NCBI GenBank assembly: GCA_902786245.1
Contig: CADABS010000004.1
Coordinates: 6,327 to 70,326, forward strand
Source: an uncultured Erysipelotrichaceae bacterium
GTDB lineage: Bacteria; Bacillota_I; Bacilli_A; Erysipelotrichales; Erysipelotrichaceae
Length of the DNA stretch: 64,000 nt
Direction: 5' to 3'
The notes under the pieces are model-generated. The model was not told the origin of the DNA and did no database searches. It worked only from the letters and a program-made list of their open reading frames with translations. This document shows positions 1 to 8,504 of the stretch, piece by piece; within the stretch, counting starts at the first letter, position 1, and each line of letters opens with the position of its first letter. Made by a program: the position numbers and the translations under genes.

Positions 1-271
1 TGATGCATGGCAGATCAGACCTGCCGATGCAAGGAACCATATCGATACCTTCGGACATGTAAAGGAATTCCAGGTATGGGCAATCTTTACGGAAAGATCC
101 GATGAACCCGGAGTATACGACGGATCGCTGCGGTCCAAAGAGATTGCAGTGAATGATATTGCCCGTCAGTACCGCGGCGGAGGCCACCGCAATGCGGCCG
201 GTGTCAAGGGACTTTCAGAAGAAGAAATCAGCAAACTGATAAAAGAACTGGATGAAGCATTGAGCCATTGA
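1..271 (+). CDS. nrnA: DHH/DHHA1 phosphoesterase (NrnA-like oligoribonuclease/PAP phosphatase), 3' part only
   Basis: Frame from base 2 reads ...GSLRSKEIAVNDIARQYRGGGHRNAAGVKG...LSH*, containing the GGGHxxAAG DHHA1 motif; stop TGA 269-271; 5' end outside the window. Confidence 0.8.
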   Translation, partial: DAWQIRPADARNHIDTFGHVKEFQVWAIFTERSDEPGVYDGSLRSKEIAVNDIARQYRGGGHRNAAGVKGLSEEEISKLIKELDEALSH

Positions 272-295
272 CGGAAGTCAGTGGCTTTTTCTTTT
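265..295 (+). terminator. Intrinsic terminator after nrnA
   Basis: CCATTGAC-GGAA-GTCAGTGG hairpin followed by CTTTTTCTTTT. Confidence 0.65.
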
Positions 296-303
296 GCGGT
301 ATA

Positions 304-332
304 TTGACTTTTGTATTATTTGCATTATTATA
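304..332 (+). promoter_or_regulatory. SigA promoter with overlapping putative YtrA/GntR operator
   Basis: TTGACT 304-309 and TATTAT 326-331; imperfect palindrome TGTATTA-N7-TATTATA 312-332. Confidence 0.45.
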
Positions 333-355
333 TGTAATGCAAGAAGGTGCTGCAA

Positions 356-724
356 ATGATCCTGAAATTCGATTTCAGCAGCCCTGTACCGATCTATATG
401 CAGATCCGCAACCAGATCGTCATCGGCATTGCGGACGGAAGCCTGAAACCGGGTGAAAAACTTCCGACCATCCGGGCTCTGGCAGAAGAAAGCGGCATCA
501 ACATGATGACGGTTTCCAAGGCTTATCAGATACTGAAACAGGAAGGCTATATCCATACAGACCGCAGAAACGGCGCAACGATTGCCGCAAAAGACAAAGT
601 ATCCATTCCGCAGGAAACACTGGATTCGCTGCGGCTGCGCATATCGGAACTGCGTCTGTCAGGCATGAGCAGAGATGAAATACTGAATCTCTGTTCGAAA
701 TACTATGAGGAGAGTGATATTTAA
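356..724 (+). CDS. GntR family (YtrA subfamily) transcriptional regulator
   Basis: PIYMQIRNQI...GEKLPTIRALA...MTVSKAYQILKQEGYI wHTH with short C-terminus; ATG 356 follows AAGAAGG. Confidence 0.9.
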   Translation: MILKFDFSSPVPIYMQIRNQIVIGIADGSLKPGEKLPTIRALAEESGINMMTVSKAYQILKQEGYIHTDRRNGATIAAKDKVSIPQETLDSLRLRISELRLSGMSRDEILNLCSKYYEESDI

Positions 725-2052
725 TGGCAGCGATCATCCTGTATCTAAGCGTCTTGATCATCATACCGATCATGATCTGGATGCTTGTCAATGAATCACG
801 TTTCAAAAAGAATCTTGTTCTCGGCGTAACGCTCCCGCAGGAAGCGCATGACGATCCGCAGGTCAATGCGGAACTGGCAAAATTCAGAAAGAACGAAATC
901 ATCACCGGCATTGCACTGGCTGCGCTCGCAGCTGTATGCATGGTTCTGAGCATGAACAGACTGAATATGACGCTGTTCATGTTCTATACACTGGCAATCA
1001 TTGCAGTACCGTATATTCCTTATCTGCTGAGCCGCAGAGTGCTGCTGCGCATCAAAAAGGAAAACGGATGGGTCAGAGAAAGACAGACTGTCATGGTCAA
1101 CATGAATGCCATGCCGGATGAGCACTGGCTGTCGCCTTGGCTGTTCCTGCCGGCATTTATCCTGACAGTGATCCCGATGTTCTTTGACAGAGAATCCTGG
1201 TATACATATATCATCATGGCTGTTCTGTCTCTGACATTCTGGTTCTGCTACAGATATCTGTACCGCAATAAAGCAGAAGCAGTCGATTCAAATACGGAAA
1301 TCACGATCGCTCTGTCCAGGATCAGAAAATACAACTGGGGCAAAATGTGGCTGGTGACCGCATATGGCATGGCAGGATACACAGTCTGCTTATGGCTGTC
1401 GATGTATTCCCCGATGATCATGATCATCGGTGCTGTCGTGATCACCGCAGTCATACTCTGGTTTGCAGTCCGGATCGAATTCAGCGTCCGCAGACTGCAG
1501 GAAAAGCTGACAGAAAACAGCGGTGTCAACGATTATATCGATGAAGATGAGCACTGGCTCGGCGGTATCCTGTATTACAATCCGGATGACAGCCGGGTAA
1601 TCATCAACAGCCGTATCGGTGTCAATTCTTCTGTCAATATCGCGACTGTTCCGGGAAAAATCGTCATAGCTCTGTCTGCAGTACTGCTTCTGGCACTGCC
1701 GGCAATGGGCATGTCGATGGATCAGATCGGCAAAGCACCGATTCTTCTGTCCGTTACAGATGATACCGCTTCATCCAACTGCGGCCGCAAAACCTATACC
1801 ATCCAGACAGATGACATCATGGCTGTAGAGCTGCTTGAGAAACTTCCGGATAATCTGCAGAGAAGGGCAGGCACCGGTATGGATACATATCTGGAAGGAA
1901 GTTTCTATTCTCCTTCAACGGATTATGTTACGGTCATGCTGGATCCGACCGTCAGCCCGTATATTCTGATCACAACCGACAGCAAAACATATCTGTTCGG
2001 CAGCAGAGATCCGGAAAAGACAGAAATGATGTACAACTTGCTGAAGAAGTAA
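724..2052 (+). CDS. Multi-pass membrane protein, DUF5808 (DUF1648-associated) family, with C-terminal PH-like domain
   Basis: About 8 hydrophobic helices; WLGGILYYNPDDSRVIINSRIGVNSSVN matches the DUF5808 signature; start overlaps the GntR stop. Confidence 0.7.
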   Translation: MAAIILYLSVLIIIPIMIWMLVNESRFKKNLVLGVTLPQEAHDDPQVNAELAKFRKNEIITGIALAALAAVCMVLSMNRLNMTLFMFYTLAIIAVPYIPYLLSRRVLLRIKKENGWVRERQTVMVNMNAMPDEHWLSPWLFLPAFILTVIPMFFDRESWYTYIIMAVLSLTFWFCYRYLYRNKAEAVDSNTEITIALSRIRKYNWGKMWLVTAYGMAGYTVCLWLSMYSPMIMIIGAVVITAVILWFAVRIEFSVRRLQEKLTENSGVNDYIDEDEHWLGGILYYNPDDSRVIINSRIGVNSSVNIATVPGKIVIALSAVLLLALPAMGMSMDQIGKAPILLSVTDDTASSNCGRKTYTIQTDDIMAVELLEKLPDNLQRRAGTGMDTYLEGSFYSPSTDYVTVMLDPTVSPYILITTDSKTYLFGSRDPEKTEMMYNLLKK

Positions 2053-2467
2053 TTTGTGAATATTTCACAATCATTGAAAATATTATCAGAAATATAGAAC
2101 ATATTGTGTATGTAGCTAATACAATATATACGTAAAATACATATTCACATTCAGTTTATGGACCTCTGATTCATTATCTAAAACGGGCTGTGCTTTGACC
2201 GGAAATGAAGATTCCGTGTAACACAGCCCGATGAATCATATCCGGCTGTAAAGCTTATCTGCGAAATCCATTGTCTGACATAAAGAGTTATACGCGGCTC
2301 CTGCAGATAAGTATCCATGACTCTTACAGATCAGGACAATGAATATTCACAATCAGTACAGAAGCGGCATAGCAGTACAGCAGACAGAGCAGATCCATAA
2401 TGGAATGCAGTCATATGGAATACAGTTCATGGAAAAGAAACTATGCATGCTTCGGTTCCATTGAAAT

Positions 2468-2503
2468 AAAGAATCCGGTTCATAAGATTCCGGATTCTTT
2501 TAA
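2468..2503. terminator. Bidirectional terminator-like hairpin
   Basis: Perfect 11-bp stem AAAGAATCCGG (2468-2478) / CCGGATTCTTT (2490-2500), A-rich before and T-rich after. Confidence 0.7.
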
Positions 2504-2543
2504 TATCTACAGCCAGGGTCCTCCCAGGCGCTATTTCATTATG

Positions 2544-2571
2544 ACTTCACATAATGTATCTTATGCGATAT
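2544..2571 (+). other. dif: dif-like XerCD recombination site (chromosome dimer resolution, terminus)
   Basis: ACTTCACATAA-TGTATC-TTATGCGATAT has the 11-6-11 layout and resembles B. subtilis ACTTCCTAGAA-TATATA-TTATGTAAACT and E. coli GGTGCGCATAA-TGTATA-TTATGTTAAAT; gene strand bias flips here. Confidence 0.75.
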
Positions 2572-2641
2572 TTCTGTGGAGCTGTTTTTCAGGGAGAACA
2601 GCAGGCAGTGACTGCAGTGAAAATCATTGCCCTGCTTATGG

Positions 2642-3526
2642 TCAGTTGGGTTCATAGAGACGGAACTTCCCGCTGTCTGCTTCATAAATATAGATACTGT
2701 CTGTGAGCATATATCCGGGCATATGGCTGACGGCTTCGATGGAAGCGGATATGTCTTCATACACATTGTCATGGAGACGGTGTACGGCTGCCATGGAAAT
2801 ATCAAACAGACTGACCATGTAGCTGCCGCCCATCATCCGGCAGAGACGCTCCTGTGTGTGCGGATCGAAGACACCGATGCTGCCGTAGATCCAGCCGCTC
2901 ATGTTGACATTCAGCAGCTGGTAGTCCGTGCGCGTATCATCTTCGCTGACTGCCCGCAGTATGATGTTGCTGCCGTCTTCAGGCAGTTCGATGTTCATGA
3001 TCTGGGGCGGATACCGGCGCAGTGTATTCTCCTTTGCAATCTGCAGCAGTTCTTCTTCGCTGATGGGCCAGTTGGCGGCAGTCTGATGGGTGATGCGGAA
3101 GCCGGCATAGTGTTCTTTCCACATCCCCTCTTCGACAAAGACACAGAATGCGATATCGCCGTGAATCTCATGAATGACAAGATCATTGACGACTTTGTCA
3201 TCACTGACATTGACCGGTTTGATGACCAGATGATCACGGAGTTCCTCAAAAGTCTCCATGTTCATCGGTCTTGTGACGATTTCCGCATGATGCATGCTCA
3301 TCTTCAGCGTTTCCACCAGATGCTGGCAGCACTCTTCCCAGAGTCTGTCATCTTTGAAGATTTCCTTCGTGGAAGCGTCGATTGGGATGTTCAGCACAAA
3401 GCGGCGGCTGTCTGTTTTTCTGACAATGATGACTTTCTCCTGAATCAGATACTGCCACTCTCCGGGAAGTCTTGCGAGCAGATCCTCCATCCTTTTCTCA
3501 ATCATAAAATTATCCTGCGTATTCAT
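2642..3526 (-). CDS. DUF5688-like hypothetical protein
   Basis: ELRDHLVIKPVN, YGSIGVF and LTDSIYIYEADSG resemble DUF5688 blocks; RBS GAAGGAGG. Confidence 0.55.
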   Translation of the reverse strand: MNTQDNFMIEKRMEDLLARLPGEWQYLIQEKVIIVRKTDSRRFVLNIPIDASTKEIFKDDRLWEECCQHLVETLKMSMHHAEIVTRPMNMETFEELRDHLVIKPVNVSDDKVVNDLVIHEIHGDIAFCVFVEEGMWKEHYAGFRITHQTAANWPISEEELLQIAKENTLRRYPPQIMNIELPEDGSNIILRAVSEDDTRTDYQLLNVNMSGWIYGSIGVFDPHTQERLCRMMGGSYMVSLFDISMAAVHRLHDNVYEDISASIEAVSHMPGYMLTDSIYIYEADSGKFRLYEPN

Positions 3527-3595
3527 TTTTCCTCCTTCAGGCAGATGCCTTCATTAGGTATATACGCAGGATATTTCATTTTCTTCCTTTTTTTT

Positions 3596-4792
3596 TCAGA
3601 TCAGATATTTCAGAAGCGAACTTCCGTTTTCAGGGAACGGTACGCTGAAGTTGTCCGCGATGGTCGCACCGATATCCGCGAATGTATCCGCAGTCCGCAG
3701 CAGACCGCTGCCTTCAAAGGACGGACTGTATAATGCCAGCGGAACCATTTCTCTTGTATGGTCTGTACCTTTCCAGGTAGGATCGTTGCCATGGTCTGCC
3801 GTGATCATCAGAAGATCGTCCTCGCGCATCTCCGGGATGAATGTACCGAGCTTCAGATCGAAGTTTTCCAGTTCCCAGGCATAGCCTTCCGGATTGCGGC
3901 GGTGGCCCCATTTTGCATCAAAGTCGACCAGATTGACAAAGCAGACACCGTGGAAGTCTTCCTTTTCGATATCGATTGTCTGTTCCATGCCGTGTACGCT
4001 GGATTTGCTGTGGAGTACGCGGGTAATGCCTTCGCCGACAAAGATATCGTTGATCTTGCCGATGCCGATGACATCAAAGCCGCTGTCTTTGAGATCATTC
4101 AGCACTGTTCTGCCGATCGGCTTCAGGGCGAGATCATGACGGTTGGCGGTTCTTTCAAACTCCCCTGCTTTTCTGCCGATGAAAGGACGGGCAATGACGC
4201 GGCCGACTTTCCATTCCGGCTTCATCGTGATCTGACGGGCGATTTCACAGCAGCGCAGCAGTTCATCCAGACCGAACGTTTCTTCGCTGGCCGCAATCTG
4301 CAGTACGCTGTCGGCGGATGTATAGACGATCATCTCCCCTGTCTGCAGATGACGCTCACCCAGCTCATCCAGGATCTCCGTGCCGGAGGCTGCTTTGTTG
4401 CCGATGATCTTATGTCCGGTCTGTTTCTCGATTTCCTGCAGAAGTTCTTCCGGAAAGCCTGATTCCGTAAAGGTAATGAATTTCTCAGGTATATACAGGC
4501 CCATCATTTCCCAATGGCCGGTCATCGTATCTTTGGAATTGCTCTTTTCCCTCATTTTCAGACAGTATCCGGTCGGATTCTGGACCGGGGCAATATGTCT
4601 GACCCGCTTCATATTGAAAAGACCGAGCTGACGCATTCTGGGCAGTTTCAGCGAATCGACGCTGGCTGCGATATGGCCGACGGTATCTGCACCCTCATCG
4701 CCGTACAGATCGGAATCCGGTGCACTGCCGAATCCCCATGAATCCACAACGATCACAAATACCCTTCTGAATCTCTCATTCTTTTTCATCAT
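3596..4792 (-). CDS. deoB: Phosphopentomutase
   Basis: [52 protein letters not shown]; start after GGAAAGGAG. Confidence 0.95.
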   Translation of the reverse strand: MMKKNERFRRVFVIVVDSWGFGSAPDSDLYGDEGADTVGHIAASVDSLKLPRMRQLGLFNMKRVRHIAPVQNPTGYCLKMREKSNSKDTMTGHWEMMGLYIPEKFITFTESGFPEELLQEIEKQTGHKIIGNKAASGTEILDELGERHLQTGEMIVYTSADSVLQIAASEETFGLDELLRCCEIARQITMKPEWKVGRVIARPFIGRKAGEFERTANRHDLALKPIGRTVLNDLKDSGFDVIGIGKINDIFVGEGITRVLHSKSSVHGMEQTIDIEKEDFHGVCFVNLVDFDAKWGHRRNPEGYAWELENFDLKLGTFIPEMREDDLLMITADHGNDPTWKGTDHTREMVPLALYSPSFEGSGLLRTADTFADIGATIADNFSVPFPENGSSLLKYLI

Positions 4793-5696
4793 CGAATAGA
4801 TCTCCTTTCCCTGCCGGATGAAAGCTGGCATAGCTGTCAAACAGCTGTCTGTTCTGAATATGTGTATAGATCTCGGTCGTCGCAATATCCGAATGGCCGA
4901 GCATTTCCTGGATCGAACGCAGATCCGCGCCGCCCTGCAGCAGATGCGTTGCATAGGTGTGACGCAGCTTATGCGGTGTAATATGCTTCTTGAAATTCAG
5001 TTCTGTGCATTTTTTCTGCAGAAGCAGCTGTACATGGCGCGGTGTGATCTTCCGGCCGGCCTTGTTGATGAAGAAGAATGCACTTCTTCCTTTCAGAAAC
5101 ACAGGCCGTACGATATCGCGGTACTGCCGGAAAAACGGAATATCGCCGGACGGGATCGGAACGATTCTTTCTTTATCGCCTTTTCCAAGCACCCGCAGAG
5201 TACCGGCTTCCAGATCGACCCGGTTCAGAGTCAGAGAGACGACTTCGGATACCCGCAGTCCGCAGGCATAGATCATTTCCAGCACCGCATGGTCGGTAAA
5301 CTGTACCGGATCTTCGTCATGGAATGAACCCATCAGCTTTTCGATTTCCTCCGGGGTGCAGTAGACAGGCAGTTTCTTATCACCGTCACTGACATCCAGG
5401 TAAACGGACGGATCTTCGCCTCCGTAGAGAAAGGAAAGATCGCGGTGGAAAGAACGGATGGACGCAGCCATGCGGGCAATACTGGCAGATGCTTTATGGA
5501 GCTGTGTGCTCTGCAGCACGATAAAGTCCTGTATATCATGGCCTTTGACCTGCGAAAGATCGGTGATTCCTTCATCCGTCAGATAGGCAGTATACTGCTT
5601 CAGATCTTCTTCATAAGCCGCAACCGTTCTGCGTGAATAGCCGGCATTGCTCTGCAGGCGGATCATATATCCCTGGAATGCTTCATCAATCTTCAT
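4776..5696 (-). CDS. xerD: Site-specific tyrosine recombinase XerD (RipX)
   Basis: Intact R-K-H-R-H-Y residues ([31 protein letters not shown]); ripX-drm(deoB) synteny as in B. subtilis. Confidence 0.9.
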   Translation of the reverse strand: MKIDEAFQGYMIRLQSNAGYSRRTVAAYEEDLKQYTAYLTDEGITDLSQVKGHDIQDFIVLQSTQLHKASASIARMAASIRSFHRDLSFLYGGEDPSVYLDVSDGDKKLPVYCTPEEIEKLMGSFHDEDPVQFTDHAVLEMIYACGLRVSEVVSLTLNRVDLEAGTLRVLGKGDKERIVPIPSGDIPFFRQYRDIVRPVFLKGRSAFFFINKAGRKITPRHVQLLLQKKCTELNFKKHITPHKLRHTYATHLLQGGADLRSIQEMLGHSDIATTEIYTHIQNRQLFDSYASFHPAGKGDLFDDEKE

Positions 5697-6864
5697 GTTC
5701 TTTCTCTTTCAGCAGCTTGCTGGCCCGGAAGAATCCTTTTGCGCCGAGCTGCCGGTTGAGATCTGCCAGAATATCCCGGATCTCATGTTCTTCCTCTTCG
5801 GCAAAAAGATCCATCTGCTGGGAGGCTTCATCCAGTGAAATCAGCTGGGAAACCGATATTCCAAGCAATCGTACCGCTTCCCCTTCTTCCCAGTGTTCAT
5901 CAAACAGAGCAATCGCTTCATGAAACAGATCTTCCGAACGGTACAGAGGCTTCTCGGTACGGACAGCCCGGTCGGCATTGCGGAAGTTGTAATAGCAGAT
6001 CCGGATCGTCAGTCTGCGTCCGGCGGTATGCGAATGCTTCAGACGCTCTGCCAGTTTCCTCGACAAGGAACGCAGCAGACCGCGGATCTCATCATAGTCG
6101 GTCACATCTTCGAGCATGGTCTCGGATACACCCATGGATTTGGCATCATATTCCGTCACGATTTCCCTGCTGTCATGGCCATGGGCCCGCTCCAGGACCT
6201 CATCGGTATTCTTTCCGAAGATCGGCTTGAGGATCTGCGGATCTCTGACATTCGCCAGATCGCCGATCGTATGGATACCCTCTTCTTCCAGCAGCGGAAC
6301 GGTCTTGCGTCCGACCCCGCGCATTTCACTGATCGGCAGCGGCCACATCTTGTCCGGCACATCGCGGATGCGCAGTACGGTAATGCCCATCGGTTTCTTC
6401 ATATCGCTGGCCATCTTTGCCAGAAACATATTCGGGCCTACCCCGATCGAGCACTGCAGACCGGTATCTTCCAGGACCTGGTGCTGGATCTTCCATGCCA
6501 GATCGAGCGGTTTTGCATATTTCATGATTTCTTCGGTAACATCGGCATAGCATTCATCGATCGAAGCCTGTTCGACAAGACCGGTATAGGAACGGATGAT
6601 CGCCATAAACTGTTCGGACAGTTCCCGGTACCAGTGATAATGGCCGGGAATAATGATCAGATCCCGGCACAGTTTCTCGGCTTCGGCGATGGGCATGGCA
6701 CTGTGAATGCCGTATTTCCTTGCTTCATAGGATGCCGTGGATACTACGGAGCGTCTTGTATGTCCGGATACGACCAGCGGTTTTCCTTTCAGCGAAGGAT
6801 CCAGAAGAACCTCCGCATTGGCAAAAAAGGCATTGAGATCAATATGAAAGTATACCCGTGCCAT
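5686..6864 (-). CDS. dinB: DNA polymerase IV (Y family)
   Basis: HIDLNAFFA, STASYEARKYGIHSAMP, EQASIDECY; start MARVYF after GAAAGGA. Confidence 0.95.
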   Translation of the reverse strand: MARVYFHIDLNAFFANAEVLLDPSLKGKPLVVSGHTRRSVVSTASYEARKYGIHSAMPIAEAEKLCRDLIIIPGHYHWYRELSEQFMAIIRSYTGLVEQASIDECYADVTEEIMKYAKPLDLAWKIQHQVLEDTGLQCSIGVGPNMFLAKMASDMKKPMGITVLRIRDVPDKMWPLPISEMRGVGRKTVPLLEEEGIHTIGDLANVRDPQILKPIFGKNTDEVLERAHGHDSREIVTEYDAKSMGVSETMLEDVTDYDEIRGLLRSLSRKLAERLKHSHTAGRRLTIRICYYNFRNADRAVRTEKPLYRSEDLFHEAIALFDEHWEEGEAVRLLGISVSQLISLDEASQQMDLFAEEEEHEIRDILADLNRQLGAKGFFRASKLLKEKEHED

Positions 6865-6865
6865 C

Positions 6866-8503
6866 TTATCTGCGGTTCCTTTCAAGAAGAGCTCTGGCGG
6901 CTTCCAGCGAAGCACCGGAATCATCGCCGCTGGCGATCAGTGCCAGCTGGTGAATGCGCTCTTCCTCGTTCAGTTCAAGAACCTGCGTATGGGTGCTGTC
7001 AGAAGACTGTTCCTTGGAAACCAGACACTGACGGTCGGCACAGGCAGCTACCTGGGCGAGATGCGTAATGGCAAATACCTGGGCACTGTCGGAGAGTTCC
7101 TGCATCTTGCGGCCGATGGCAGTCGCAGTCGGACCGCTGACACCGGTATCGATTTCATCGAAAATGACCGTCTGAATACCCTGCAGACGGGTAAAGAGCA
7201 CTTTCAGTCCCAGCATCAGCCGGCTCAGTTCGCCGCCGCTGGCTGTACGTGTCAGAGGCTTGAGATCTTCTCCCGGATTCATGGAAATCATGAATTCAAC
7301 CCGGTCGGAGCCTTTGGCAGACGCCGATGTTTCACGGATGTCCGTATGGAACCGGGCATGCGGCAGCTGCAGATCCCGCAGATGCGAAAGAATCGCTTCA
7401 TCGAGCCTTTCTGCCCCTTCTCTGCGCTCCTGTGTCAAAACAGCCGCAGCCTTTTCATATGCGGCATATGCTTTGCGGATCTGCTGATCGATCCTGTCGA
7501 GATATTCCTGGCGGTGTTCAATCATCTCGATCTGACGCAGCAGTTCATCATGTTTTTCAAGAATCATTTCAATCGTCCGGCCATGCTTGCGCTTGAGCTT
7601 CTGCAGGTTATACAGCCGTTCCTGGACCGCATTGATCTCTTCTTCGGACATCTCGGCAGATTCGATCCGGTCGCGGATCTGTTCGGCCGCATCGCTGATG
7701 GCGTAATAGCTGTCCGCAACCGCCGTGACTGCCGGATCGTCATCGCTGTCCAGTGTCTGCATCAGATGATGCATTTCATACAGCGGTTCAGCAATGGACG
7801 CATCATACAGCTGGACGATCTGATGGAGTTTTTCAAGAGAATCGCGTACCTTCCGGTATTCCCGTTCTTTCTCTTCGAGTTCTTCGTCTTCGCCGGGCTT
7901 CAGATCAGCATCTTCGATTTCCTTTGCTTCATAGCGGAAATATTCCAGATCATTTTCATTATAGGTTTCCTGCAGCGCCGTCTCTCTTTCTTTGACAAGA
8001 CGGTCGTATTCCCGGTAGAGCGCAGCGGTCTGTTCCCGCTGTGCATGGAGATCGAGATACTCATCGAGCAGGTCGATATGCGAGGAAACATTCAGCAGAT
8101 AGGCAGTATCGCGCTGTCCGTGAATGTCGATCTGGTTGCGCAGGCAGTCCTTCATCAGTCCCAGTGTCACGATCCTGTGATCGATCCTGGCAACCGATTT
8201 GCCGGACGCGTGCATTTCACGTGTGAACACCGTCGCATCTGCTGTATCAAAACCCGCTTCCTGCAGAACCGCACAGGCATGCGCATCGCCGCGCAGGTCA
8301 AAGGTCCCTTCGACGATTGCCCGCTGTCTGCCTTTCATGATATTGGAACTGCTTGCACGTTCACTGGCGAGCAGTGAAATCGCGTCCATGAGAATCGATT
8401 TGCCGGCGCCTGTTTCACCGGTAAAAGCGGTAAATCCGGATTCAAAATCCAGATTTACCTCATCGATCAGTATGAAGTTTTGAATAAACAGATGTTTCAG
8501 CAT
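6866..8503 (-). CDS. recN: DNA repair protein RecN
   Basis: TGETGAGKS Walker A, ASGGELSR signature, IFDEIDTG Walker B. Confidence 0.95.
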   Translation of the reverse strand: MLKHLFIQNFILIDEVNLDFESGFTAFTGETGAGKSILMDAISLLASERASSSNIMKGRQRAIVEGTFDLRGDAHACAVLQEAGFDTADATVFTREMHASGKSVARIDHRIVTLGLMKDCLRNQIDIHGQRDTAYLLNVSSHIDLLDEYLDLHAQREQTAALYREYDRLVKERETALQETYNENDLEYFRYEAKEIEDADLKPGEDEELEEKEREYRKVRDSLEKLHQIVQLYDASIAEPLYEMHHLMQTLDSDDDPAVTAVADSYYAISDAAEQIRDRIESAEMSEEEINAVQERLYNLQKLKRKHGRTIEMILEKHDELLRQIEMIEHRQEYLDRIDQQIRKAYAAYEKAAAVLTQERREGAERLDEAILSHLRDLQLPHARFHTDIRETSASAKGSDRVEFMISMNPGEDLKPLTRTASGGELSRLMLGLKVLFTRLQGIQTVIFDEIDTGVSGPTATAIGRKMQELSDSAQVFAITHLAQVAACADRQCLVSKEQSSDSTHTQVLELNEEERIHQLALIASGDDSGASLEAARALLERNRR

Positions 8504-8504
8504 A

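Noticed and set aside
2054-2070. TTGTGAA-TAT-TTCACAA as a Rex or CRP site
   Set aside because: Spacer is 3 nt (17 bp total), whereas Rex needs N4 (18 bp); kept only as part of the repeated-motif finding
2095-2125. Partial resemblance (GAACAT..TGTATGTAG) to B. subtilis RTP Ter sites
   Set aside because: Needs gaps, the region is very AT-rich, and RTP is essentially Bacillus-restricted
2254-2311. CTTATC...GATAAG stem suggesting a SAM-I riboswitch P1
   Set aside because: Only ~40 nt between the strands; the AGAG, GCAACC and GGTGC core motifs are absent; no downstream gene on that strand
2399-2445. Short direct repeats ATGGAA(T)..CAGT and the 85-aa ORF 2400-2657
   Set aside because: Only 2-3 degenerate units with no spacers (not CRISPR); the ORF lacks an RBS and runs through the terminator and dif site
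2053-2641. tmRNA, RNase P, SRP or 6S RNA in the intergenic gap
   Set aside because: No tRNA-like ends, no GAGGAAAGUCC, no SRP helix 8 motif, no single long rod structure
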